A DNA stretch of 64,000 bases from Salpingoeca rosetta. Taxonomy: Eukaryota > Protista > Choanoflagellata. A program made the position numbers and the translations under genes. How positions within the stretch are numbered: position 1 is the first letter of the stretch; each line of letters opens with the position of its first letter. The stretch is from contig JAWQFM010000020.1 of the NCBI GenBank assembly GCA_033442325.1, positions 222,328 through 286,327 of the forward strand. Direction: 5' to 3'. A model generated the notes under the pieces. The model did no database searches and had not been told where the DNA came from. It was given only the letters and a program-made list of their open reading frames with translations. Below, one piece after another: positions 24,344 through 47,499 of this stretch.

Positions 24344-27300
24344 GTGTGTGTGTGTGTGTGCGTGTGTGTGTGTGTGTGCGTGTGTGTGTGCGTGCGTGTG
24401 TGCGTGCCAGCAGCTTCTCAGCTGCCTGCATGCGAGCACAAACCAAGCCAAAAACTGACCTCATCGGGATACATGGTTGTGCGCATGCTGGTGTAGGTTC
24501 GGCGTGGAACGACGCAGTAAGCGACAACGTTGTGTGGCTTGCCTTCCAACGCCAGTGTCTCGGTCAAGCATGCAATACCGGCCTTGGAGGCTGCGTAGGC
24601 CGACTGGCCCTCCCGTCCACCTTGCGCCGCGCTGTTGACACGAGTCACAGAAAACAAGTAAGCATGGCAAGCAGAGGGCAATGATATGAGTTGAGTTTAA
24701 CGTAACGGTTACAGCCATGCTGATCATCTGGGTGGTGGCTGTCTTAGCCTACAGAGCCTATGGCTCATGTGGCTGAAGTGACTCGTGCCAAAACAGCAAG
24801 CATTCTAGCCCCGAGCAATGTATGTTGCACATGGTCATGCCTGGGGATGAACCACCCCTGTCGAAAGTCCCCAACTTGCATCAACAAGTATTGTACCTTG
24901 ATCCCACGTTGATGATGACACCACCATGGACTTGCTCTTGCATGCCTGCAAGCAAGCAAGGTGTTCGTTTTTGCGTTAGCGACGAGCAACACGGGACGTG
25001 GCACCACAGCAAGCGGTGAACACAACACGCACACGTGCATTTCGACTTGACTGGCACACTAAATGGCCGCACACGTCAGGTTACTGTACACACTGCACGC
25101 ACTTGCGAGGGCGCGCCGTGAGGAATAGAAGCAGCCGCTCAGATTGGATGTCATTATGTTCTGCCACGCTTCATCCGTCTTGATAGTGGGGAGCACACAC
25201 CGCAAATCAACACACGCAGCATACATACAATACATACGAATGACTCGTGAGTGTGTGGTGACGTCATTGGATACGCACAGGGAACAAAACGAAACGCGCA
25301 GCCATAGAGAGACATGCAAACAGCAAGGTGATGACACATGCACACACACACACACACACACACACAACGAGGAAAGATGTGTGACATGACAAGGCCAGGG
25401 GGCCTGTCGCATGGCCAGATACACAGAATGCAAAAAAAAATAAAAAATCACGAGATACATACCGTTTCCGCAATGGAACGAAGCAGGGCCACGCCGGCAC
25501 AGTTGACAACAACATCCACGCGCTTGTACTTGGCGAGCACTTGTGCGTAGGCGTCGTCCACATGCTGTGAGTTTCCCACATCTGCGCATATTGCCATGCA
25601 GCCGTACTCCTTTGCCACATGTGCCACCTCTTCCTCTGTCCGCGCAACCACCGCAACCTGCAGCCGTGAAAGGCAACATCAATGCACACACGCGTGTGAA
25701 GGCGTGATGACCACAACAATGTGAGGACAGGTACGGACACTCGCACAAACACACACACATGTGCAGGAGGGAGAAGCAAGTGTATGCGGTTGAGCTGGAA
25801 TGGCAGCCGTTCACACAGGACAATGGAGTTGACAATGCTGAAAGGGTGTGCACGAAGAACATAGCAATTGAGGCAAGTTCCTCCCCCTCCCCACTTCCTG
25901 CAGGCACAGAATCGCGAACCTGCATGCCGCGCTCTCGAAACCCTTTCACCACGTGTCGTCCAATGCCTCGACCTCCGCCAAAGACAATGGCAACCTGAAA
26001 GACACGGTAACACGTGCCATAGCATACAGCGTGAGATGAACAAGACACAAAGGCAGACTGTTCAAAGCAAGTACATGCTCATGCTGTTGAGAGGACGCAG
26101 AGCAGGCACCGCGACACACGCACACGCAAACACACACACATATCACATCACAGATACACACAGATAGGCAAACCTGTCGCATCCGTTGGGCAGCCAGTTG
26201 CTCAGCAGCATGCAAGTCCTGCTTGTAGGTGACCTTCCACACGTTTGGCTGGCAGTCAACGAGCTTGGCGCGAACACCAGCGTACTTGAGCACCAGGTGC
26301 AGCACCTCTGTGCCGTGTTCAATATCATGTGCCGAACAGCTTTCATATGCTTTCATAAGCGCCTCCAGCGAGAATGCCTGCATCAGCAAAATTGTGAGGG
26401 CGGGGTGAGAGATGTACCAGTGTGAAGGTAAGCAGAACCATGGACTGCTCGCAAACACCCACACCCACACAGCTACACCCAACCCACCCACACACCCACC
26501 CACCCACACACACACACAAACTAAATTGGATCCCTGCAAGCACATGTTACCTGTGGCGTTTGGCTTGCGCGATACTGGGATCGGTCGAGCGACTCTTCAA
26601 GGAAGCCATCAGCGTTTGGTTTGATGACTGTCGAGACAAGAGGTAGTACAGATCCAGCTGCACCACGAACAAAACGTAAAAGCAGAGCAAACATGAGCAA
26701 CCCTCCCCTCAAATATTTTCGGCGCCATAGCAGTCATGAACGATCAGGTACTACTGCTGCTTGCAGGCAAGGTGAAGCGCATTGCATCGCCCGCCCCTGC
26801 AATCACTCTATCACTTGCACGCATGCATGTTCATACACACCTGCTTGGTGCTGCGCTGCAGCTGCTGCGACGTTAAGCACTGTCTTTGCATCCACAAAGG
26901 GCCTTTGTTCAACAGGACAGACGGATGCATGCATGAATGCAACCGAACAGTGGTGAGTGAGTGTGCATGTATGTGTCTGTGTGTGTGCATGTGTGTGCAT
27001 GTGTGTGCATGTGTGTGTCTGTGTGTGAGTGTTGCTTTGACTCGTTGTCAGTGGTGTGGGCGTGTACTTGGTTGCCTGCAGGCAAGGCTAGCATTGGGTG
27101 CTGTGGTGCTTGCTAACTCCAGCAAACAGCATGGCTGCGCCCATACCTGACGGCGTCATGGACAACGACGACGTTTGGGTGTGAGGGCTTCGAGTGAATA
27201 GCGTCGAGGCCGCGTTTGATGGACGCGTGCCTGCTTGCACCACCCTGAACAAACAGCACGCGCTCAGCCTCGTGCTCAAGCCGCCAGTCCCTGAGCCAGC

Positions 27301-28066
27301 CCGCGCTCTTCTCCAGACAGTTTGCGGCGATCGGCACGACCACCCGGCGCACGCCGGGGACAGCAAGCATCGTGGAGATTGTGTAGTACAGCAACGGCTT
27401 TCCCTGCAGCACCCAGTACTGCATGCGGGCACGCGAAAGGTAAGAACACGGGAGCATCGGGAGCAGTGAGAGGAGCGAGAGCAGTGGGAGCAGTGGGAGC
27501 AGTGAGAGGAGCGAGAGCAATGAGAGCAGTGGGAGCAGCGGGAGCAGTGAGAGCAGTGAGAACCATGAGAGCAGTGAGAGCGGTGAGAGCAGTGGGAGTA
27601 GTGGGAACAACAACACACGACGCGACGGAAAACACGGTGACACTTGCTGCTGCAAAGTGCTGCCATCTCATGATCTCACCTGTTTCGGCGTCACCGAGCC
27701 TGTGCGAACGCCGATGCCGCCAGCAGGCAACACCACATCGATGACAACGCCTTTCAATGAAGCAGCAGTCGTTGCGGTCTCCTGATGCAGCTGCTCCTGT
27801 GCTTCGCGCACATCCTGCATACTATCATCACCGTTGCCATCATCGTCATCCTCCTCCGCACGAGAGCGAGGATCCTTCCTCTTCTCATCACCATCGTTCC
27901 CACCATCGTTTCCGGTGCCACCGGCATTCTTCTCTTCCCTCCTCCTCACTGCTTCTGTGCCATTCTCTCCTCCGTCTTCTTGTTGCTTTGCTCGCTTCCG
28001 CGCCAGCCCATCTTCAAGCCCAGCACCACCAGCACCACCGTGGCCATCCGCACCCGTCTTCGTCAT
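23951..28066 (-). CDS. Bifunctional IspD/CRPPA-type cytidylyltransferase and short-chain dehydrogenase/reductase (Bcs1-like), about 11 exons
   Basis: IspD motifs: [65 protein letters not shown] motifs: [40 protein letters not shown], ending [10 protein letters not shown] phase-0 intron (25995-26173) joins the two domains in frame. Confidence 0.9.
27451..27606. repeat. Intronic 9-bp minisatellite (GAGCAGTGR)n
   Basis: Degenerate tandem gagcagtgg/gagcagtga units in intron 1 of the ISPD-SDR gene. Confidence 0.85.
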
Positions 28067-28284
28067 GCTCGTTCGTTCTTTCGTTCTTTTGCGCGGTCTG
28101 TGTCAGCAAACAAACGGTTTCCTTCCAGCGCTCACAATATGAATGGTCATTTCAGATTTGATGCAATTTTATGTCAACAGCTTTCGACGCCAATCATTCA
28201 CAAATCCTCTACAAGCAGCAACTTGGGGAAGACGACGAGAGCGCAGAGAGTCAACCAGCCAGCCAGCCAGCCAGACAGCCAGTC

Positions 28285-37454
<9,170 letters not shown>

Positions 37455-37459
37455 CGTGG

Positions 37460-37525
<66 letters not shown>

Positions 37526-37992
37526 CCTTCACGTACTCACACGCTGTTGCCTGCAATCTTCTGCACAGAAATGAGCTGAGAGGACAGCAGGGCCAGTAGC
37601 ACAACACTGTTGCACGCTATCAACCATACCACCTTGCTGTTGCCTGTGATGCGGAAGGAGTTGTTTACATACATTACACGAGTGATGAATAACACAAGAT
37701 AGTCACACGCACACGTATGTGAACGCGTGCGCGAACAAGAAGAGCAAAGAGGGAGAGACACAGAGAGGGAGGAGGAGTGTTTGGGCAGGTCACACGTCAC
37801 TTAAACACATTGAGCAGTCACGTTACAATGTGACACGTGGCAAGGGATCAAATAACAAAAGAACAAGCTTGAAGCAGAGGTGGCGCAGCAAGAGAGGTAC
37901 GCGCATCAGCCAGGAAGCAACGTCCACCAGAGCTTCAAGAGCCGTGTCCAAACATGAGGTAACACGAGTAATCGCGCCATGTGAAGCTGCTG

Positions 37993-38088
<96 letters not shown>

Positions 38089-38130
38089 CTATGATAGCGA
38101 TATGTCGTGGGATGGCGAACGGCAGCGGGA

Positions 38131-39928
38131 TCAATTTGAACCCACGCATTTAACTACACGGCACGGCACATGGCAGAGAACGACTTGAGGAGGGAGGTGA
38201 GCTGTCCGATGCTGTCAAGTTGAAACATCTGTTGGAGTAACGACTCCTTGACGTCCTCTCGCACGCTGACGGGCAGAGCGGCCACAATCGCCGGCAGCAC
38301 CTGTTGCAGGATCGTCGAGAAGTTCTATACACCCGCTCATGTAGTCGTGTGTGAGAGAATGTGTGTGTGTTGTGAGTATGTGTGTGCGTGTGCGTGTATG
38401 TGGGAGAAAGTGCGCGAATGCAAGAACCATATGTTGTCTTACTTGCAACTGCAAACAACAACACGTGTACAGAAACTCAGACACCAAGCACACACACTCA
38501 TGCACACATGCACACATGCACACACACACACACACATGAACACACGCTCTCACCAGCTGGAAGGTGCCGATACACCGCGCAATATCCGGGACACAGATGG
38601 CCGGCGCAGATGTGCACATGGACTGCATGCATGTCTCCACGCATATGTGGCCCACGCCCTTCTCCCCCAAGATGTCTTCGGCCGCGGCGGGCGACTTGGC
38701 GAGCATACGCAGCAGCTCCACAATGGCGTTGCATGCCTGCTTCACCACGTGTGGCTCCTGCAGCATCAGCGCCGCTATCGACCACTGCGTCATTGTCAGC
38801 ACCAGCGGCACGGGCCTGCTCAGCGCAGCCTCGCTCAGAAACACATCTTCGCCAAGCGTGCGCAGCATGCGGCACACGAGGCGAAAGTACCCTGCTGTTG
38901 CATCTGGGCTCTCCACGTGTTGTCCGGCCTCAAACCAACCAACAACGCCGCCGTGGACCTTGCGAAACACATCCAGAAACATGGCTGTGTGCGCCTCGTC
39001 ACGCCCGTACACGCTGATGCTGCTGGTGAGCAGATCCACCAAGCACGCGTGCTGCGACTCAACAAACCCCGAGCCGACAGCAGGGGCAAGCATGCCGATG
39101 TTGGTGTCGAGGAGGTGAACATTCACGCGCATGCAGTTCATCAGCATGTCGCACAGCGCCTGCATGAGGGGCTCGTCCGATGAATGGCGAAGAATGAGCT
39201 GAACACTCAGCGCCGACACCTTGGAAATCAACTGCCGTAATCTCAGACTCTGCAAATGATTTGGTGACAAGGAAAGGAAAGGGGAGGGAGTTGTAGGAGA
39301 GCAGTGGTGTTGGTGTGGAGTGAGTTCAGGTGACTGGTGCTCTCGCTGTGCATGTGCGTGAGTGAGTGAGTGAGTGAGTGAGTGAGTGAGTGAGTGAGTG
39401 AGTGAGTAAGTGAGTGAGTGAGTGAGTGAGTGAGTGAGTGTGTGTGTGTGTGTGTGGCTCCATCAAGGGTCACCTCTTCTTTGATACGAAGAAACCGAAT
39501 GGCGTGGCCGAGCACGCGAATGTCACTCGCTGCAGATGGAGAGCAATGTTGGGCAGTGCGGACGAGCGTGTTAAAGAAGCAAAACAAAGGGAAGAAGAGA
39601 AGGAAGCAAGCAAGGAAGGAGCAAAGAGTAAACGTGAATACTGTGAGCAGCACATGCGCAAGCAAGCGAGCAAGTAACAAACCTGCACACTTGAGTTGTG
39701 TCGGCTGGAGAGCTGCTTGTGCTGTGCACGCACAGTTGTCAATCTCCTCCAGTTCTCGTTGCAGTGTGTTCTGGAGCTGTGGCCCGCACAACGAATCACT
39801 TGTGTGAGGCAACAGCGCTGAGTGACACGCACACGCATGAACGTTACAGAAGGATGGAGAGAGCGAGAGAGATAGACAAAGAGAGAGAGAGAGAGACAGA
39901 CAGAGACAGAGACAGAGAGAGAGACAGA

Positions 39929-39972
<44 letters not shown>

Positions 39973-39987
39973 ACGAGAGAGAGAGAC

Positions 39988-40020
<33 letters not shown>

Positions 40021-40095
40021 CAGAGAGAGAGACAGAGAGAGACAGAGACAGAGAGAGAGAGACAGAGAGAGAGAGACAGAGACAGAGAGAGAGAC

Positions 40096-40126
<31 letters not shown>

Positions 40127-40145
40127 CAGAGACAGAGAGAGAGAC

Positions 40146-40198
<53 letters not shown>

Positions 40199-40204
40199 CA
40201 GAGA

Positions 40205-40235
<31 letters not shown>

Positions 40236-41477
40236 GACACACACGCAGACACGAACACAGACACAAACACACATGCATACATACACACAGAGATCCACAG
40301 ACAGATACAGCAGGTGCCTTTGACCGACCAGATCGACGGCGCGGTCGAGATTTGTCTTGCGGGAGATGAGGACGAGTCCCTCTGCCACCAGCGCCCGGCT
40401 CTCAGTGCTCAGACCATGACTTGCAGCATCCCTGAAGCACGCATGGGATGTGAGTACTCAACGCGCACATGAATTTACATGCGTGTAAAGTATGAGTAAA
40501 ACCACGAGTGTTTGGTCAAAAGCACGCACGTATAACTTTTCTCATCTCCTACTCCTCCTGCTCCTGCTCCTGCTCCTCATCATCATCATCATCATCATCA
40601 GAAAGACCAAAACACGCCTGTCTTGCGGCACCTGTATGCAAGGTTGATGCTGTTGACATATGGGAGGAGGAGATCATCGCATCCTTCGCAGAGATCCCGA
40701 AACGCTTCGGCGCCCGCGTCAGCCTCCGTCTGCAGCGTTCGTCTGCACACACGCGGAATGCACATCAAGAAGAATTGGAGGGGGAAATGAATGGGTGTGG
40801 GTCGATCCCAACACACATGAACACACACGAACACACACACACACACGCACACACACACACGCACACACACACACACACACACAAACAAACAAACAAACAA
40901 ACAAACACACACACACACACAAACAAACAAACAAACAAACACACACAAACAAACAAACACACACACACACACATACCCCTACCTTGCATCTGGTGTCCAG
41001 TTGCCGCCGGTATCACGGGAAACAACACCTGTCCGCGGCTGCGGCGTCACGGTCAGAAGATTCTTCAGAATGATATCTGGTGCACACACAACCAAGCAAG
41101 CAAAAACATTGGAGAGGCGCGTTCAGTCGTGACCTGTGAGCTGAAGTAAACGTCGGACGACTGCACGTCCTTTCGAGTGAGTGTGCGGGGCGCGAGAGAA
41201 CGTGCAGAAGGACTGAAATCAAGAGGATATAACTGTGCGTGTGTGTGTATGTAGCGACGGTACCGAGCATGGTGGTGACTTGGTCTGGTCTGTTGCGCAA
41301 CCACGCCCCAAGCGCGCCAGCAACGCGCACACTCGCGATGGAGATGAACTGAAAGAGCAGCGAGAGAAGCAAGAGAATAGATAAGGCGTGATGTAGTGCG
41401 GAGCAGATGAGTGGAAATGCGTTGACAAAGGCAGGCACACACACGCACACGCACAAAAGCAGACATATACACACATA

Positions 41478-41542
<65 letters not shown>

Positions 41543-44500
41543 GGCAGTGACCTTGTTCGGCGGGAGGGACTCGAGCATGGCAACAATACGGGGCATGTGC
41601 TCGTCGTCAGCGGCCGGCGAGAATGTGGCGGCGCGGTAGATGCACGTCAATGACGACTCAACAGAGAGCCAGTTGTCGTCGCGCAGCCCGGCCTCAAGCA
41701 GCTCCGCCAGGACCTGGCGCAGGGGCGACACAAGGGTGTCGTGTGGTGCGATGAAGTGGTGGTGTGAAGTTGGGGGTGAGAATGGAAGCATTGGTTGTAT
41801 AACTGAGTGCGTGCTTGCACGTGTGTAGTGTGAGCCGAAATGTTTGTGTGGCCCGAGCTGGCTGGCGCACGTACATGGTGAAAATCAAAATATAAACAGC
41901 ACAATACGCACGCACACGCACCTGCACGCAATTCAACGTTGTGAAGCACGAGATGAACATGATCACGTTTCCAGCTTCGTGTCTGTATTCTGGACACAGG
42001 TACGGCGGCAGGAGAATGTGTTGTGTGTGAGGGTGAGCGAGAGAGAAAAAGAGAGCATGTATGTGTGTGTGTGTGCATGAGTGAAGGTCAAATGCGAATG
42101 CCCAGTCAATAACAGCACGCATTCGCGCTCCACACCATCAAGCATGACAACCATCCACACATGTGCACAACTCACTCTCGATGCTCTCCTGGTAGTGTTC
42201 ATTGAGCGTTTCGATGGCCGGTGGGTACATCATCTTCCGTTGCAGCACTCGAAGCAGCTGCATGATGTGTGGAAGATACACGCGACGCGTCCGGTGCCGG
42301 GTCTCTGCAGCAATGCCGATGGTGATGGTGGTGATGGTGGTGGTGATGGTGGTACAGGTGAGTGGTTGGGGACTGCGCTCACACATCACACGTCCGAAAC
42401 AGTCATCAGCGGTGGATGTAACAGCACAAGCATACACACACACATACACATACACACATACACACACGCACACACACATACGCACACATATTCACAGCGC
42501 GTGCATGGATGTGCGCACCTCGCTCGAGCTCGACGAATCCCTGCAGGACGCGATACCAGACCTTCAGCGTCAGCTCAGACTGCGTCTCCTGCGTCCCAAA
42601 CTGACAACCGCATGTGGTGGTGGTTGGATGGTGATGGTGATGGTTGGATGATGGTGATGGTGGTGATAGTGATGGTGGTGGTGGTTGGATGGTGATTGTG
42701 GTTGGATGCGGGTGAAGGAAGGAATGGAGGGAGGCGTTGATGTGAGCTCGCAGCTGATTGGAACACACAGATACAATGGCGAATTGACATGGCTGAGGAA
42801 CACGATGCATTCATGCAAACACTCACACATAGGCAGACACAGACACAGACACAGACACAGACACACACACACACACACACAGGCACACAACAACATCAGC
42901 ATCAGCGGCTCTCATTCCATGGTAGTGCCCAGTCAACAGCCCATGGGTGCACGGGCCACACCTGGAGGGGGTGGTCGGTCATGTGGATGAAGAGATCAAA
43001 GAGCGCCGGGCCCTCCGCCAGCGTCAGCAGCGTGTCAATGTTGTCGTCGACTGCGTATGTGTGCACACGACGGTGGAGAGGCGGTGGGCGGTCAGGGTGA
43101 CGTCATAGGAATGAATAGGCGAGAGCGAGCACACAAACCTCGATAGCGCGTAAGTACACGCATCACACACATGCATAAACACAAACACAAACACAGGAGT
43201 ACACGCACATGCACAATCACACACATGCACAATCACATACACATACACATACACACATACACACTCCATCGCACCGAGTTCTGTGACAAGCTTGCACATC
43301 CATTCCGTCTTCTCGTCATCCTGTTGCGCAAGAGAGGCGTCATACATTTCGCGCAGACTGAGGACAGTCGTAACGAAAGCGGACAGCGCTTCCGGTTCAT
43401 CTGATGCAATCACACGCACACGCGAGGAGTTGAAATGCGTGTGAGGTGAAGGAGGCATCAGACGGCATGCAAGAAACAGAGAAGAGAGGACAAAGACAGG
43501 CACAGACCACAAGAACAAGATAACAGCCAACGACACACACACACACACACACACACAGAGCACACAGGTTGCGGCTGACCTTCAAGGCCTGGGTGGCCAG
43601 CGAGCGCGACCAAGCACTCCATGGCAGCAGAGAAGGTCTCATCGCTGCCCGTGAAGGCGAGGGTCAGGTCTTGAGAGGGGAGGGCGATGGTGGATGGATA
43701 GGCGGTGAGCAAGGGGCATAAACATGTGTACACAGATGCAAAGTAAGAGTAAATTCAAACGAAACACACACACACACACATACACACATACATACACACA
43801 ACGCACACACAACACACACACAACACAAGACAAGGAGATGTAGGCGTGAGGTTATGGGTGGACTGACTGAGGTGGTCGTTGAGCGCTGCGAGCGGCACGA
43901 TGCCGGTCTCAATGCACGCGGCGAGAGACTGCAGCGCAGTCACAGCCAGCGACACATCTGCAACCTCCATGTTCTGGGACAACACCTGGCAAACGAACGG
44001 AGGTGAGCAGATGTAGCGTGCTCCTACTGGCAAAGCATGCAGTACCAGACACAGCCTTGCAGCTTGCACATACAATGCGCATGCGCGTGCATGCATGTGT
44101 GGTTTTGTGTGTGTGCGTGTTTTTGTGTGCGTGTATGTATTTGTGCATGTGTGTGTGTACCGTCTGTAGGGCTGCAAGGGCGGTTGGTTGCGCCGCTTGG
44201 AGCTCTTGCATGGACGCTGGCGTGATTGTCTTTTGCTGTATCATCTTGCATCCCTCTGCACATCCGCGCATGAGCAAGTCCACGGGCCACGGTGTCAATG
44301 AACAGCGTGGGCAGTGTGATGGACGACAGATAGACAGACAGACATAGACAGATAGATAGACACGCACTCAGGCACTTTCGCAAACACACCTTGGATGAAG
44401 GCTTTGATGAATTCGAGACCCGCAAGCTGGGATCGAGGCATAATGTCTTCTACAATCTGGCCAAAGACGCCTTGCATGCTCTCTGGAACGCTGCGGAAGA

Positions 44501-45286
44501 TGACAGTGGCCATCACCGCACACAGCGATCGATACACAAACGTCTCCAGTGACGAGAACCTGCCACACGTGCCAGTGGAGATGACGGTCAAATCGAGTCA
44601 CAGTCGTCGTGTGGTGCATGAAAGAGAGCAGCGCACGGAACTACACGAATGTGTGTGTGTGTGTGTATGATCTCACTCGAAGATCAGGTTGAGGAGAAGC
44701 TGCTGGAGGTGCCCGAGGACCTCTGGGTTCTGGGACTTGATGGTGGCGGCATTGGCTTGCAGCACGGATATGGCAAAGAAGTGCACCTCCGGTGACCTGG
44801 CAGGCACGAGCGTGCGCGAATCAATGTGGGAGCGGTGTGAGTGCAACGCACGAGTGGTGTGAGTGCAATGCACGAGTAGCGTTAGTGTACACACACACTG
44901 GTTGAGTTGGGGCCAGCTTTGCACCGCGATGGGGGAACCCAACTGCCCGCGCGCCTCCCCTCGCCTGGAAGACCACGTACGTTTGAGGGGCGAGCAGGTA
45001 TGGCACGATGTGCATACTGTCGGGTGCAGATCGCACCTCCTGCAGGTACTCCTCAGCCTGCGATCGTGCAGCGACCACGTTGTGTGTTGCGGTTGTGAGG
45101 CACAGGCAGAGAGTGTGAGCCAAGCAAGCCAGCGAGAGAACGAGGCAGTGCGCGCGCGCGTGTGTGTGTGTGTTGGGGAGTGGGATCCACGCCACTCGCA
45201 TGTCCACGACGAACCTGTGTGCGTAGCTTCAGGTCGTCCGAGTGGTAAAACGCCTGAACGGCACCCACGATGCCATCCAAGTCCAT
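38131..45286 (-). CDS. Importin-beta family karyopherin, importin-13/transportin-SR (TNPO3) group, multi-exon
   Basis: N-terminal GAVQAFYHSDD..ARSQAEEYLQEVRSAPDSMHIVPYLL, SPEVHFFAISVLQ; ELTLKVWYRVLQ; DNWLSVESSLTCI; RVAGALGAWLRNRPD; AGAEAFRDLCEGC; ESPDATAGYFRLV; LMLQEPHVVKQAC; last exon ...LLKSFSAMCR..SN*. Confidence 0.8.
39855..40236. repeat. About 380-bp (GA)/(GACA) purine-rich microsatellite in an intron
   Basis: Continuous gagagagacaga array; pyrimidine-rich on the transcribed (-) strand of the importin gene. Confidence 0.95.
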
Positions 45287-45566
45287 CCTGCTCCACTCCC
45301 ACAGACGCACACTCGACTGCACACACACACACACACAGCACAGCTCACAGCAAGGCAGCAGTCGAAGCAGGCGTTCACTGTCGTCTTGTCTTGTCTTCCC
45401 TTGCTTCTTGCTTGTTGCCGTTATTCGTTCGTTGTTCGTGTGTGAATTTCGTTGTGTGTGTGTGTGTGTGAAGCACAAGAACGAAGACAAGACGCGCTCT
45501 CTGCTCTCCTCTGGCTTTGCTTTGCTGTGCTGTGTTTGCTGTGTGCACTGACGAGGAACAAGCAGC

Positions 45567-45808
45567 ATGGCAAGCGGCAACGGTGGCGGACAGGAGCCGG
45601 CCTGGTATCGTGGGCCCTTCTTGAAGCTGACGGCCACCGCCTCCTTGATATGGACCCTTGGTGTCACTGTCGTCATTGCGGTTGTACGCACAGCTCTGCT
45701 GGCTTCAGGTAGGGTGGATTGGTGGGCATGCACTGTTCCGTGCATTCATACATGTATGTGTGCGTGCGTGTGCGTGTGTGCGTATGTGCGTGTGTGTGTG
45801 TCTATGCA

Positions 45809-45906
<98 letters not shown>

Positions 45907-47136
45907 GGTGGGTGGGTGCGCGCGCGAAGAAAACAGTGTACATGGCACTGACATCAAGTGTGCATATCGTGATGCAGATGCACTACCAGCGTCGTACATC
46001 AGCGTGGCCGCAGCCGTCGTCGGGTCGACAGCGCTCGTGTTCTACCATCGCGCCAACTCACAAGGTGTGTGTGTGTGTCTATGTTTTGCGTGTCTGTATG
46101 TGGCTCTCTTGCTCTTTCTGTTCTATCTCTCTGTCTCTTCTCTGTATCGGTCTCCTATCATCTTCCGTGAACGCTTGTGTTTCACACGCTTGCTTCAACT
46201 GACACACGCTCACACGCTCTTATTCCTCTGGAGCAGCAACACCACCGTCGGCGCGAAGCAGATATCAGCGGTACATTGAGCCACTGTTGCTGCGGTCGAC
46301 TTTGGTGCTCTTTGCACTGCACATGCTGGTGTGTCTCGCATCCACGAGCAACACCAACCTAAGCAAATCGTCTGCGCAGCACACTCCCAATGGCACCGAC
46401 AACGACAGCAGGTGCGTGTGTGTGAATGTGTGTGTGTGTGGGTGTGGGGGGGGGAAGTGAATGTGTGTGTGTGTGTGTTTGAATGCGTGTGTGTGCGTGT
46501 GTATTCACGTGTCAGAGAGTATGAGCGGACCGACTTGTACACGATAGAATGGAGGAGTACCACGTGCCAACAAATACACTCACTCACTCTCATTCACACA
46601 CACACACACACACACACTCACTCACTCTCACGTATTTGCCTCACTCGGGTATCGTTGTCGTTCATGAATCGAGCAGGGCTGTCATCATCACGGTGTATGA
46701 CGAAGCGGTGCTGCGAGTGTTTGTTGCCATCACCACCGCTGCGCTGCTGACCCTGGACCATATCTACAGCAGCAAGGTACGCACTCGCAACACAGCCGCA
46801 CGTGTTGCTTCACAACTGCATATGTCGCAGTCACAGTCACGCATCGCTTGACAGCACACACCAATCATTGACTGTCTCCTCCTCATGTCAACACACATAC
46901 GCATCCACACACACACACACACACTCAATCACATACATACACGCAAACATACATACATGCATACATACACGTTCATAGGCGCTACTGCGGTACCCGGCAC
47001 AGCAAGGGGCACTGATTCTGCGCATCAAGACGAGCGTGCGCGCAGCACTCGAGCGCGCACACGACCTGGCCCTTCACATTGTCTTCCTCACAGCCATCGG
47101 TACGTACGCGCGTGCGTGCGTGCGTGCGTGCGTGTG

Positions 47137-47174
<38 letters not shown>

Positions 47175-47415
47175 CGTGCGTGTGTGTGCGTGTGTGTGTC
47201 TGTGTGTGTGTGTGTGTTGTGTTGTGTTTGTCTGCCTATGTGTTGTTGTTCTGATGATTACATCCCCCTCCCCCTCCTATCATGTCTCACACGCGCCGCT
47301 GCCATGATCACAGGCCACTTTGTTGTTGCTGAGTTGTGTGGAAACGCGTACGAGCAAGTGCTCTCGCTGCTTCTCAACCCCATGCAGCACGACCACACCC
47401 ACATCCACATCGAGG

Positions 47416-47499
<84 letters not shown>

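Noticed and set aside
46980-47100. TM plus helical region read as a PXA domain (SNX13/14-like)
   Set aside because: No RGS or PX domain follows, and three separate blocks fit NDC1 better.
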